Below the pieces are notes generated by a model, which was given only the letters and a program-made list of their open reading frames with translations, was not told where the DNA came from and did not search any database. A DNA stretch of 64,000 nucleotides, taken from positions 53,639 through 117,638 of the forward strand of contig NIVC01003139.1 of assembly GCA_002269645.1 (NCBI GenBank). The letters run 5' to 3'. Position 1 is the stretch's first letter, and each line of letters opens with the position of its first letter. The translations under genes were made by a program, and so were the position numbers. This DNA is from Macrostomum lignano (Eukaryota). Positions 18,201-32,541 of the stretch are shown in pieces.

Positions 18201-21200
18201 AAAGTTTAACGGCGAGTTTAACGCCTTTGTCGCCGATTATACTAAGGTTAGAATTGCATGTAAATTGTTTCTTTATTGGCGTGTTTTTTCACCCCTTCGT
18301 GTGCTTTGGTCTCTTGTTTGTCTCTCATTGACCCTCCAATCAGTAAACCAATCATCCAATCATCAAAACGAGACGGCCCTAGCTCGTCTCGTCTCTCATT
18401 GGCTTTGGACTTCATAGTTAGACCCCAGATTTTTCTCTGGCCCTAGCTCGTCTCTCATTGGCTTTGGACTTCATAGTCAGACCCCAGAATTTCTCTGTCC
18501 CTAGCTCGTCTCTCATTGGCTTTGGACTTCATAGTCAGACCCCAGAATTTCTCTGTCCCTAGCTCGTCTCTCATTGGCTGGCGACTTCACTCAGTCTCCT
18601 TAGATTTAGTTAACTTCTACCGCTAGCTCGTCTCTCACTTCCTCGCACGTCTTTATTTTACACCTACAGCCCGTGAACGCAACAAGCTTAAATACAAGTT
18701 GTTTTTATTTATTTCAGACCACCGTATCATTCTTTCTTTACGACTACGATGGCAGGAACGCATTGCGAGACGATTTTCTAGGCGCCTGTCACGTGACACT
18801 GCAGAAGGTGTGCGCTTAGCAGTCGATAACATATACGAGCTAATGCTTAAAGCATTTTCAATTGAACCAGTTTTTTTTACCAATTTTCTAGGAAAACTCC
18901 ACGTTGCTATTTCATCAGCTGCCGCTTGGTTACAGCGTTGCCAAGCACGGCCAAGTAGCCAGTAACAATATGGGCAATCTGCTGTTTTCCATCGTTTTTA
19001 GACCAGTGCCATCTGTGGCTAAGTCTGGTAAGAACTCGTTACAATATGCATATTTTATCTAGAAGCACTTTATTTGATTTAGTCCTAGAATTTAATCATC
19101 CATACAATTTTTCCTGCTACACGAAGCTATAGTTAAACTCGCTTGGTTGTGTGTTTAAAACTGGCTTGATTGAGTGTTTAAAATTAAACTTCTGTTGATT
19201 GAATGTCTAAAAATGCCTTGATTGAGTGTTCAAAACTAGGTTGATAGAGTGTTTAAATCTCTCAATTGATTGAATATTTATACACATAGTTACGTCGCTA
19301 TTTAAGCTCAATTACTTATGTACTTGAACTCAGATATTTTTAGTACTCGTAAAACCCAACTACCAGGATTTTACTGCCAATTATTGTACAGACACTTATT
19401 CGTTTATGGCTCTAATTGGCTGCGGTCTTTTTCTCCCTCTCCCTCTTACCCCTCTTTCCCAAATCAGGCGGTTTCTGATTGGCTAGAAACGTTTTTAACC
19501 CAACCCCTACCCCCCTAACCAACGATCACAGAGCTGGCCAAAGCGAACAGCGGTCAGCTGACTGACACAGAGCTGATGAATTTGCAGTGCGCGGATGCTT
19601 CTAATAACAGAGCGTCGGTGAGAGTTCAATTCCGTTTAATTTATAACTGAATTGAAACTATCTTTTTCACTACTTGTTTGGCCTCTATTCAGTAGTATTA
19701 ACGCAACATTAAGGAATATCTTAATGAAGAAAGTAAAAAGTTGTCTTAAATATTTAATCAAAATTTCAGGTTTCATCAGAAGAGGTAACTTGAAAAAAGA
19801 ATTTGCAAACTGATACATACTGTGTGTGTCTTTTTGTTGTTGTTCATGCTTTAAAAATCTGTCGTGTTGTGTTGTCGAATTAAATTTTTTTTTATCTTTT
19901 TATGCAACAGAAAATATAGATAATTATGTGTTTACAGAAATAAAAAATTAATATTAATTCGCTTCATTTTGTTGGACTAACTTTTCTAACCTATAATTTA
20001 TTTTGTTTAAAATGGAACCTAACATCATGCGACTGATTGCCGCAATGACTTAACTAACAAAACTGTTTTTTTCGATGTACTTCTAATCAGAATCTTGGAC
20101 GAAATAGGTTTATCGGGAAATTCGTAAGAAAATTATGTAATTCTAAACAAAAATATGTTTACAATTTAGTACAAATTGCTGTAATTTTTGTTTGGCACTA
20201 ATTATTATAATCAATACGAGCAATGTTTTTGTACGTAATTTCACTGAGTCTGCTATCATGTGCTATATATGATTTATGGTTAAGATTTGATGGTTAAGTA
20301 TATATGATTCTTTTGTCAATTTTCAGGGAGCCAAGAGAGACGGTACAGCGGACGACAGCTATTCTATGAATGCCGGAGCTTACTTGGCTAAAGGTGCAAA
20401 CTGAAATTTTATGGTGTCTTGTTGGACTATTAAAAATACATATTTTACCAATATTATGTAAGAGTATGTATCAATACTCTTCTTAGAGCATCCATTAGCA
20501 GGGGGGGGGGTCCCTAGCCTAGTGGATAATAGCAAGTTCAGCAGAGTTGACTGCGGTTAGTACCGTATGCTACGAATATAATTCCTTCTAGCTAGTGTCC
20601 GCAAGTGCAGGTTAGTAGTTAATACGTCACCATGATTCCATTTCTGGGGAGGGGTTGTCGGTCAGTAGTTAATGCGTCACCATGATTCCATTTCTGGGGA
20701 GGGGTTGTCGGTCAGTAGTTAATGCGTCACCATGATTCCACTTCTGGGGAGGGGTTGTCGGTCAGTAGTTAATGCGTCACCATGATTCCATTTCTGGGGA
20801 GGGGTTGTCGGTCAGTAGTTAATGCGTCACCATGATTCCACTTCTGGGGAGGGGTTGTCGGTCAGTAGTTAATGCGTCACCATGATTCCATTTCTGGGGA
20901 GGGGTTGTCGGTCAGTAGTTAATGCGTCACCATGATTCCATTTCTGGGGAGGGGGTTGTCGGTCAGTAGTTAATGCGTCACCATGATTCCATTTCTGGGG
21001 AGGGGTTGTCGGTCAGTAGTTAATGCGTCACCATGATTCCATTTCTGGGGAGGGGGTTTGTCGTGCGATTTGCGATTCCATGAGGGCCAATCCCTAAGAC
21101 ACAGAGAGTGTACATGCTTGTACACCCTGCGTGAGCTTGTGCCTTCGTACTTAGATTTATGTACTACTACTAATAATAATTGATTACACCTGACCCAATT

Positions 21201-24200
21201 GGGCCAGATGTGCAGCCGACAGCTCAGCCGCAGCTATTGAGCGACGCATCTGAAGGCTGCGTACAGCTGTTCAGTCAAAGGACTGGGGGGTCGCCACACA
21301 CACCCTCAATTACCCCAGCTAATGCTGGCACCCATTTTACAGCTGGGTGAACTGAAGCAATACAGAGTTGAGTGCCTTGCTCAAGGACACAAATTGTTCT
21401 GAGTGGGATCGAGAATCGAACCCCCGACTTTTCAGTCTTGAGTCCGACGCTCTAACCACTGGGCAGCAACCCCTTTACTAGGCTAAAACCATTTTATGTC
21501 ATTATAGGTTAATATTCGCGCTCACTTTTAGGCCTGGGTGTCATGGAGTTCAACCTGCTAGGCGCCAAGGAGCTCATGGCCATGGACCGCGGCGGCACCA
21601 GCGATCCGTTTGTTGAACTTCGAATCGGTGACGAGATGCTGTTCAGGAGCAAAGTCAGCAAGGCTACGCTGGAGCCGCGCTGGAATGAATGGGTCACCAC
21701 TAGATGTCCTAGGCAGGGCGAGCAGTTGAAAGTGGTAAGAGAGTTATCTATTGTATTGCATTTACTAAAGTACATTTACTAAAGTACATTTATGGAAGTA
21801 CTTTTACTAAAGTACATTAACTAAATGACTTTTACTAAGCCCATTTATCGTAGTAAAAAATCTGTCATTTTTCATCATTCCTTCACTTTCGCAGACTGTT
21901 TGGGATAAAGATCGCATTGGGAAAGACTTTCTTGGCGACCTGTTGCTCACCTTGGAAGAAATTAGGGCTCTGTCGGACTCGGTGAGTGCTAATAATGTTG
22001 TTTAACTACTGAATAGGCCATAAAGCCGTTAAATCTCTGCAAATGGTTATTCGTTGGATAATCTGAGAATTCCCCTTGAGTATTTGATGATGTGAGAAAT
22101 TACCCTTGAGTACTTGATAATTTAAGAATTCCCCTTGAGTATTTGATGATTTGAGAATTCCCCTCGTGACTTTGACAGTCTGAGAAATTCCAATTAAGTT
22201 TTTGATGATCTGAGAAATACCCTTAGAACCCTTCATGATTTGTTAGTTAAATGTTAGAATCTACTCTAGATTCTCAGTAAAAAGCGTTTGATAATCTGGG
22301 AGATATCTTACTAATATCCTATCTCTAAACTGTTCCTCATGAACGAAAATGTTTAATAAATTCTCATCCATTTTTACGCGACAAATTTTTATGTTTCTAC
22401 TGTCAGTAGCAAAAATAGTCAAGAATATTGTTGTCACTATTTTATGTTTGAAACTAAAAAACTCTCCAGGCCTCCACTCGCTGGTTCAACCTGTCCGGCA
22501 AAGGCATTCGCTCCGGTCAGATCGAGCTGGGCTGCAAGATCGTGTCCGAAGGCTTGGCCGGAGCTGCAGTTGAAAAAAGTTCGGTGAAGAGCAAATCCTC
22601 GGACAGGATGACATCATCGCTACCGACGGGGCCGGGTTTGAATTTCACGGTGCATTCGGCTAGAAATCTGCTAGGCGGCAAATCTGTTGACGCCTTCGTC
22701 AAGGTGACGTCATCGGCGAATGCTGCGGAGATTTTTCGGACTAAAACTGAGGCTAAAACTGATCGACCCTATTGGGGACAGAAGTTCTCGGCTGCAATGG
22801 GTACGGAACCAATCGTGTTTGTAAGTAATTTTGTTTTATTGTATTATTTTTAGAAAATTTGTTTTAATTAGAAGGGCTGGTAACTGTGTTTCTTAGAAAT
22901 TGTTTAACTGGCTTGACTGAGTTTACGACCGGAAAAATGCTCCTGCGTTTCTAAGAAAGATATTAGTTTTTTTTCGAAAATACAGCCTTCCGTCTGTCAA
23001 TTCATTTGCATTTGGAATTTCGTTTTCAGTCCGTTAACTCTAAGAGTTCGTTTGGCAAAAGCGATTGCATTGGATCTGTGGAATTGAATCTGGAGGCCAT
23101 TGCCTGCCTGTCAACCGCTGTGAGTTCGTTTTCCACTGCAGCACACTTGAGAGATGTCAGATTTCTTTGTCTTATATTGTACATATCAGTTACTCAATCA
23201 ATCAATCAATCAATGAACTATCCCTTTAATTTATCAATCTTTCAACCAATCAACTAATTAATCAATTCATCTATCAATCAATGAATGAATGAATTAATCT
23301 ATCTATCTGTCTATCCATCCATCCATCAATCAATCAATCAATCAATCAATTAATCAATCAATCAATCAATCATTCAATCCATCAATCAGTCAATCAATCA
23401 ATCAACCAACCAACTAATCAATAAATCAATAAATCAATAAATCAACTAGTCCATCATTTAATCCACAGAAATCGTAATTCAATTATCCAATCCAACCCAA
23501 ACAGACCGAGCCAGTTTGGCACCAGCTGACAGACGAAAAAGACCAACAAACTGGCGAACTGTGCCTGGAGTGCACGATGTCCTCGGAACCTACCGCTGAT
23601 GCCTCTGCTGCCGCTGCATCATCATCAAAATCAAAGTCCGTGGATAAAGTGAGTCGCCTTGTTGGTTTCTGATATTTGAGTGTCGGTTTCTAATATCTGA
23701 GTGTCGGTTTCCGATATTTGAGTGTTGGTTTCTGATGTTTGAGTGTTAGTTTCCGATATTTGAGTGTCGGTTTCCGATATTTGAGTGTCGGTTTCTGATA
23801 TTTGAGTGCTAGTTTCCGATATTTGAGTTCTAGTTTCCGATATTTGAGTGTCGGTTTCTGATATTTGAGTGTCGGTTTCTGATATTTGAGTGTCGGTTTC
23901 TGATATTTGAGTGTCGGTTTCTGATATTTGAGTGCTAGTTTCCGATATTTGAGTTCTAGTTTCCGATATTTGAGTGTCGGTTTCTGATATTTGAGTGTCG
24001 GTTTCTGATATTTGAGTGTCGGTTTCTGATATTTGAGTGTTGTTTTTCGATATTTGAGTGTCGGTTTTGATATCTGAGTGTCGGTTTCCGATATTTGAGT
24101 GTCGGTTTCTGATATTTGAGTGTCGGTTTCTGATATTTGAGTGTCGGTTTCTGATATTTGAGTGTCGGTTTCTGATATTTGAGTGTCGGTTTCTGATATT

Positions 24201-27200
24201 TGAGTGTCGGTTTCTGATATTTGAGTGTTGTTTTTCGATATTTGAGTGTCGGTTTTGATATCTGATAGTCGGTTTCCGATATTTGAGTGTCGGTTTTGAT
24301 ATCTGAGTGTCGGTTTTTGATATTTGAGTGTCGGTTTCTGATATTTGAGTGTCGGTTTCTGATATTTAAATGTCGGTTTCTAATATTTAAATGCGGTTTT
24401 TGATATTTGAGTGTCGGTTTCTGATATTTAAATGTCGGTTTCTAATATTTAAATGCGGTTTCTGATATTTGAGTGTCGGTTTCTGATATTTGAGTGTCGG
24501 TTTCTGATATTTGAGTGTTGGTTTCTGATATTTGAGTGTCGGTTCAGATATTTGAGTGTCGGTTTCTGATATTTAAATGTCGGTTTCTAATATTTAAATG
24601 CGGTTTTTGATATTTGAGTTCTAGTTTCCGATATTTGAGTGTCGGTTTCTGATATTTGAGTGTCGGTTCAGATATTTGAGTGTCGGTTTTGATATCTGAG
24701 TGTCGGTTTTTGATATTTGAGTGTCGGTTTCTGATATTTGAGTGTCGGTTTCTGATATTTGAGTGTCGGTTTCTAATATTTAAATGTCGGTTTCTGATAT
24801 TTGAGTGTCGGTTTCTAATATTTAAATGTCGGTTTCTGATATTTGAGTGTTGGTTTCCGATATTTGAGTGTCGGTTTCTGATATTTGAGTGTCGGTTTCC
24901 GATATTTGAGTGTCGGTTTCTGATATTTGAGTGTCGGTTTCCGATATTTGAGTGTCGGTTTCTGATATTTGAGTGTCGGTTTCTAATATTTAAATCTCGG
25001 TTTTTGATATTTGAGTGTTGGTTTCCGATATTTGAGTGTCGGTTTCTGATATTTGAGTGTCGGTTTCCGATATTTGAGTGTCGGTTTCTGATATTTGAGT
25101 GTCGGTTTCCGATATTTGAGTGTCGGTTTCTGATATTTGAATGTCGGTTACGCATATTCAAATTTCGGTTTAGAGTATTTTGTTATTTTCTGCCTGAACC
25201 CAGCGATGTTCTTTAAACCAATCTGGATTTTACTTCTAAATCACCCTTAGTCTGTCGAAGGTCGCCCAGTTACATTCAGCCTGGTGGCAGGTAAAAAGTT
25301 AATGGCCGCAGATTTAGGCGGAACAAGCGATCCGTTTGTGCGCGTTACCATTGGCAACCGGCTGCTGTACAAGTCGCAGATTGTTAAAGGAAGTTTAAAT
25401 CCGCAGTGGAACGAAGAGTTCACTGTGCCCGTGCCTAAGAACCACGCTGTTACTTTTGTAAGGAATTGCATCTTATCATTATTATTAAAGCATTATTATA
25501 ACAATTATTTGTGGTAATCCAGTGTTTCTGTGCGCTTCTTTATTTTATTTAACAAAATCTAAAACATTTCTAACATGGTGCGTAAGAGAGTGAGACAGGT
25601 GTGAGAGACTGAAACAAGAGGAAGAGAGAGTGAGACTGGTATGTGAGAGAATGAGACAGGTGTATGATAGGGTGAGACAGGTGTATGAGAGAGTGAGACA
25701 TGTGTATGAAAGAGTGAGACAGGTGAGAGTGAGACAGATATGTGAGAGAGTAAGACAGGTGTATGAGAGAGTGAGACAGGTGTATGAGAGAGTGAGACAG
25801 GTGTATGAGAGAGTGAGACAGGTGTATGAGAGAGTGAGACAGGTGAAAGTGAGACAGGTGAGAGTGAGACAGGTATGTGAGAGAGAGAGACAGGTGTATG
25901 AGAGAGTGGGACAGGTGTATGAGAGAGTGAGACAGGTGAAAGTGAGACAGGTGAGAGTGAGACAGGTATGTGAGAGAGTGAGACAGGTGTATGAGAGAGT
26001 GAGACAGGTGTATGTGAGAGATTGAGACAGGTGTATGAGAGAGTGAGACAGGTGAATGAGAGAGTGAGACAGGTGTATGAGAGAGTGATACAGGTGTATG
26101 AGAGAGTGAGACAGGTGTATGAGGGAGTGAGACAGGTGAGAGTGAGACAGGTGAGAGTGAGACAGGTGTATGAGAGAGTGAAACAGGTGAGAGTGAGACA
26201 GGTATGTGAGAGAGTGAGACAGGTGTATGAGAGAGTGAGACAGGTGTATGTGAGAGATTGAGACAGGTGTATGAGAGAGTGAGACAGGTGAATGAGAGAG
26301 TGAGACAGGTGTATGAGAGAGTGAGACAGGTGTATGAGAGAGTGAGACAGGTGTATGAGAGAGTGAGACAGGTGTATGAGAGAGTGAGACAGGTGAAAGT
26401 GAGACAGGTGAGAGTGAGACAGGTATGTGAGAGAGAGAGACAGGTGTATGAGAGAGTGGGACAGGTGTATGAGAGAGTGAGACAGGTGAAAGTGAGACAG
26501 GTGAGAGTGAGACAGGTATGTGAGAGAGTGAGACAGGTGTATGAGAGAGTGAGACAGGTGTATGTGAGAGATTGAGACAGGTGTATGAGAGAGTGAGACA
26601 GGTGAATGAGAGAGTGAGACAGGTGTATGAGAGAGTGATACAGGTGTATGAGAGAGTGAGACAGGTGTATGAGGGAGTGAGACAGGTGAGAGTGAGACAG
26701 GTGAGAGTGAGACAGGTGAGAGTGAGACAGGTGTATGAGAGAGTGAAACAGGTGAGAGTGAGACAGGTGAGAGTGAGACAGGTGTATGAGAGAGTGATAC
26801 AGGTGAGAGTGAGACAGGTATGTGAGAGAGTGAGACAGGTGTATGAGAGAGTGAGACAGGTGTATGTGAGAGATTGAGACAGGTGTATGAGAGAGTGAGA
26901 CAGGTGTATGAGAGAGTGAGACAGGTGTAGGAGAGAGTGAGACAGGTGAGAGTGATACAGGTGAGAGTGAGACAGGTGTATGAGAGAGTGAGATATTTTT
27001 GTGTGTGTGTGAGAGAGAGAGAGAGAGAAAAGTGAGACAGATGTGAGGAGCAAGTGAGACAAATGCCCCTCAGTACTCTAAAGTACCAAATGTACTTTAG
27101 AAGATAAAACTTTACAGCAAAAAATAAGCGCGCTGTTATCTTATTTAGAGTGAATGATCTTTCTGTCTAACTATATTGTACTTTGCCGTAGTTACAAACG

Positions 27201-30200
27201 AATTTTTTCTCCTAACAAATTTTGTTTACTTTGTTAAAAATATTAAAAATTATTTTTTGTTTCAATAATTGTTAATCATGGAACACACAACATTTTTATT
27301 ACTTTAAAACGACGCTTCTTCCCGCAGACTGTCATGGACTACGATGCAGTTGGTAAAAATGACTATCTGGGCGAGGTATCCTTGGACCCTGTCACAGCCT
27401 CAACCGTAAGTTCTTGCTTGAATTGTATGTCCGTTCTGCCGATATGTAGCGTAAATAACTTTATAACCCAAGGCACAGAGAGTGTACATGCCTGACGATT
27501 AGAAAGTCAGGGCTGATGTACATCCTGTGCGAGCGTGTGAATGAGCGCGCCCTAAAAGCCCTGAAATGAAGTCCGAATCATCAAAATAATTAATGGTTCA
27601 TAATTGCTCTGCTCACAACTATTAAGGCAGTCGAGAAGCTGATGCAGCAGTCTCTTGTGAGGCTGGAAGCTGCGTACCTACGCCTCTGCTCCGCAACAGA
27701 ATGACTTGGACAGATTTTTGAGCTCTGATTCTGAGTTTAATTTAATTTTGACTAATTCTTCAAAGAGTTAGCCTTGCATACGCTCGTATTGGTTGCAGTT
27801 GAAATTGTTTTCAAGAACTGGCACCAACGAAATCCTCCGTTAGTTTTGAATTCCTGAGATTCCTGAAAGAAAGAAGGATTTTAAGTATATGATTGGTTGG
27901 CTGATTACTTGATTGGTTAACTGAGTGACTGATTGATTGGTGGATTGGTGGATTGATTGATTGATTGGTGGATTGATTGGTGGATTGATTAGTGGATTGG
28001 TGGATTGATTACTTGATTAATTGATTGATTGATTGATTGATTAGCTTATGGATTGACTGATGGATAGGTTGAATGACTAACTGATTGATTGATTAATTAA
28101 TTAGTTAATTAAGCCAGTAAGAGATTAACTGACCGAGTGAGGCAGTAAGCTTGGATGAGGGTGTTCAGTATCCCCTACTAAACATATGCATATTTGGAAG
28201 AAAGCCTGTCAATGTGTTAAAATATTGGCTAGAAAATTTAAGTACACAATATTAATATTGCGTGCTTTAGTTTCAATTAGCTATTAGTAAGTCAGTTGCT
28301 TTTCTTAGAAAGCATGCTAGTCTGCCGCATGAGTCTTGCCAATGCTTTTTAATTGATTAATTTAGTTTTTTTGCAAGAATAAAGTGTATGAAATAAAAAT
28401 ATAGAGATACAAAAAATCGTTTAAAAATTACATACTACTTAGAGTACTAGAGATTATGAGTAGTTAAAAGTTTTTCCTGAAAGCTTTTTTCTAAGATTAA
28501 AAAATCCAACTTAAATCGTTACAAGTAGTATAAATAGGACAATACAACTATTTTAACTACAGCTCGGCGAAACCTGGTACCAGCTCACTGGTCCAAAGGT
28601 GAAATCAGGTGAAATTCTGCTGTCATGCCGTCTGCCAGAATCCACCGTCACCTCAGCCGATTTGGACGAAGAAATCGATGTTGATAACGAATTGGTGCCT
28701 CCCTCTGAGGTTTTTGAGGTGAGGCAGAACTTTTTTAAGTCTTCAATTCATTTGCAAGTTGATGTGTATGATAAGTACATTTTTAGGTAGGGCTTAGGGT
28801 ACCAATCTGAATGTACATCTGCCAATTTAAAATTATATTTGCTATTTATCAATGAAAGTACATCCGATAGTTTAAAAGTACATTTGATAATTAAAAAGTA
28901 CATTTAACCAAATTATAAAAGTACATTTCCAGTTAAAAGTACATTGAGCCAAATTAGAAGAACATTTTCCAGTTAAAAGTACATTTATTCATTATATAAA
29001 TCTGATTTACGATTTGCGATTCAAAGCTTAAAAAAAGTCTGCTTTGAAATAAATTTTGTGGTTGGGCTTGTGGATGTTCTATATATTTACCGATATGAAA
29101 ATACGAACAACGATTGTCAAGTTCTTTACAGATTTTGCCGTACAATTTGTATTAAAAAAGTACGAAAACATGTGATGTGAATTTCAGCTTTTAAAATTAA
29201 AGAAATCAAATTCAACCAATGGTACATTTTGTGTTCGAAAAAGGCAGTTTGAATTAAAAAGATAAAAGTACAACTTTAATATATTATAAGTACAGCTTGA
29301 ATATAAAAGTAAAACGGGTATCTAAAAGTACAACTTTAGTCTTAAAGTACAGCTTAAATATAAAAGTACTTGTAACGTATTGAATTTGAAAATTCCATTA
29401 TTTGTGCTGTCAAAAGTACATAAAGCCTATATAAATTTTCTCGTAGGACGCTACTGTGGCAGCAGACTCAGAGTCCGCTCAGGCTGCAGCTGCTGAGCAG
29501 CCTGACGTGGCTCCGCATCGCGGCATCCCCTCGATGTCCGCCTCTTCCACCGATGCCAGCCCTGCATCGCCGCCCGCCCCTACCAAGGCTGCATCAGGGC
29601 GTCAGAAAACTGCACAAAAATGTACGCAGTTCATTCTCATTGGCTAACAGGCTAATATAAAATCTCTAATAAATTAATGTTAAAAAATTTATTTTGTATA
29701 ACATCCCTCTAAAGTACATCGATATAGTACAAGTCCGGTTTATCCACATTCTGACAACACACAAAAAGTCGTAAACTGATAAACTGACAAAAAGTCGTAT
29801 CAGTTCTCTTGCGTTTAGTTGCCCCAATTAATTTTCCGTTTTACTTTCCTGCTGTGTGCACGATCTATTTAGAGTGTGAGCGTGGTCTATTTGCACGATG
29901 GATATTTTAGGCCCCTCCATGCGCGTGGCGTACGAAGAGGTCCAGTTTATTAATATTACTTTAATTATATAGTCTGGCCCTCGGCTCGGTTTATCACCTT
30001 TTTATCACTTTCTCTCCTTTCTCTCGCTGTCTCCTCCGATTTTACGACCGCCTGTTTCTAAATTTAGCTCTAAGTGTTAGTCATTTCCGTCTTTGTTATT
30101 TGTCCTATTAAGCAATTAGATAGTACATTTCGCATTCAAAAAGTTAAAAAGCAGTTCAAAGTCTCAAAAAAACCTCCCCACTCTCAGCTCCCAGTTACAT

Positions 30201-32229
30201 CGAGCTGACCATCGTGTCCGGATCCAACCTGATGGCTGCCGACTTTGGCGGCACCAGCGATCCCTACGTGGTGGCCACCGTGGCCGGTCGTCGGGTGCAC
30301 AAAACCCGGGTGTGCAGGTCGACGTTGAACCCTGTCTGGCGAGAGTCTGTCCACCTGCTACTGCCTGATCAGGGGCACCTGCTGAGACTGGTAAGGGCTG
30401 GACTTGCTCGAATTTTGGTATTAGGGATTTCAAGGATATTATATTAGAGATTGTAGGATTAAGGATACGGGATTAAGAGATTTTGGGATTTTTAAGATAA
30501 AGGATTTGGAATTGTGGATTTTGGGATTAGAGATTCGGGATTTGGGATTTCGTGATTCAGGATTTCGGTACTGGGGATTTTGGGAACCGGGATTTCGGGA
30601 TTTCGAATTTCGTGATTTGGGATTTTGTGATTCGGGATTTTTTATTCAGGATTTTGTGATTCGGGATTTTGGGATTGTCGATTTTGGGGATTCAGGATTT
30701 TGGCATTGGGGATTTCGGGATTCGGGCTTTTAAGATTGGGAATTTCGGAATTGGGGATCTTTGCGGATTAAGAAAATTTAAGATTTTCTGTATTAGTTTT
30801 TTGGATTTGGGATTTCGAGATTTCGAAATTTCACAATTTAAGAATACCAGTACCAGTAGCAGTAGCTTTTGGTTATTCCTAATTTAGCTAGGGACTTTAA
30901 GCTTCAATGATTTCAAGATGTAGGAGCTAATCTTATTTATAAGGTTTCACGTATTCATACGTTTTTGAGCCGGCTTTTATTTTCAACCCCTAACCGCAGG
31001 CCACGTACGACAAGGACCCGGTTGGAAAGGACGACTTTTTAGGCGAGATTTCACTCACCAGGGACAACTTGTTGCAGATGTGCCAGCTGGTGAGAAGCAG
31101 AGTCTTACTGACAGAGCCCCTTTTACAGTTATCGTAATTGTCAGTTCTCAGTTCTCAAATATTCCAATTCCCAAAATCTCACCCATAGAATCTCATAGTT
31201 TCTTAACATTTCACCCATAGAATCTCATAGTTTCTTAACATTTCACCCATAGAATCTCATAGTTTCTTAACATTTCACCCATAGAATCTCATAGTTTCTT
31301 AACATTTCACCCATAGAATCTCATAGTTTCTTAACATTTCACCCATAGAATCTCATAGTTTCTTAACATTTCACCCATAGAATCTCATAGTTTCTTAACA
31401 TTTCACCCATAGAATCTCATAGTTTCTTAACATTTCACCCATAGAATCTCATAGTTTCTTAACATTTCACCCATAGAATCTCATAGTTTCTCCAAATCTC
31501 ACCCATAGAATCTCATAAACCCTAAAGAAAATCTCCAACCGCCAACAGAAGGACGACTCCATGCTGAAGCTGGCCGGCAAGAATGTCACCAGCGGGCATC
31601 TGCTTGTGCGCTGTCGACGATCCCCGGGCGTCAACGTCGGCCGAGACGCCAGCGGGGCCAACGTCAACAAAGCAGCCGCAGCCGCAGCCGGTAGCCAGCC
31701 CAACCCGCCAAGGTTTGTAGCGTCCAGACTCCATGATGTCGAAAAATTACATAGCAACGTCGCCAATGGTGTGGATGGAAATTTTCGCGTTAAACTAGAA
31801 ACTAACAATTCCAAATATGGTAAAGTCTACCGGATTAGCAGGAGCAGCGACAGCATTCTTGAACGGGACGACTGTAGGGAGGAAAATTCAGCAGCAGATG
31901 CGAAAGAAGAAGATCTGCAGCAGCAACAGGAGAAGCAACAGCAAAGCATTCTTCTAGGAGCAGAGCAGGGTGGCGGCGGCGGCGGCGGCGGCGGCGGAGC
32001 TGTAAAACTGAGACGACGTACAACATCGCTGCTAAGATTTTTGGCGCCCAGAGGACCAAGGCGGACCGTGTAAAATATTCTGCATCTATAGATTTTATTA
32101 GATGCACAAATAGTACTACTTAAAGTAGGGCAATAGCAACCAGTAGCTTATGTTGTCTTTTTGCATTTTATTCTATATTTGACTAACCTCTATTATCTTA
32201 TTTGCTATGTCTCTGTCTGTCTGCCTGCC

Positions 32230-32262
<33 letters not shown>

Positions 32263-32265
32263 GCC

Positions 32266-32326
<61 letters not shown>

Positions 32327-32345
32327 GGCTGTCTGTCTGCCTGCC

Positions 32346-32382
<37 letters not shown>

Positions 32383-32413
32383 GCCTGTCTGTCTGTCTGT
32401 CTGTCTGTCTGCC

Positions 32414-32462
<49 letters not shown>

Positions 32463-32465
32463 GCC

Positions 32466-32506
<41 letters not shown>

Positions 32507-32509
32507 GCC

Positions 32510-32541
<32 letters not shown>

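Noticed and set aside
20610-21060. Regular 32-50 bp repeats as CRISPR arrays (also 31185-31520, 32960-34180, 63110-63740)
   Set aside because: Units are head-to-tail with no unique spacers, there are no cas genes, and the context is eukaryotic.
21400-21473. tRNA gene on the minus strand
   Set aside because: It has A/B boxes but no clean acceptor stem, and continues into a SINE body present elsewhere.
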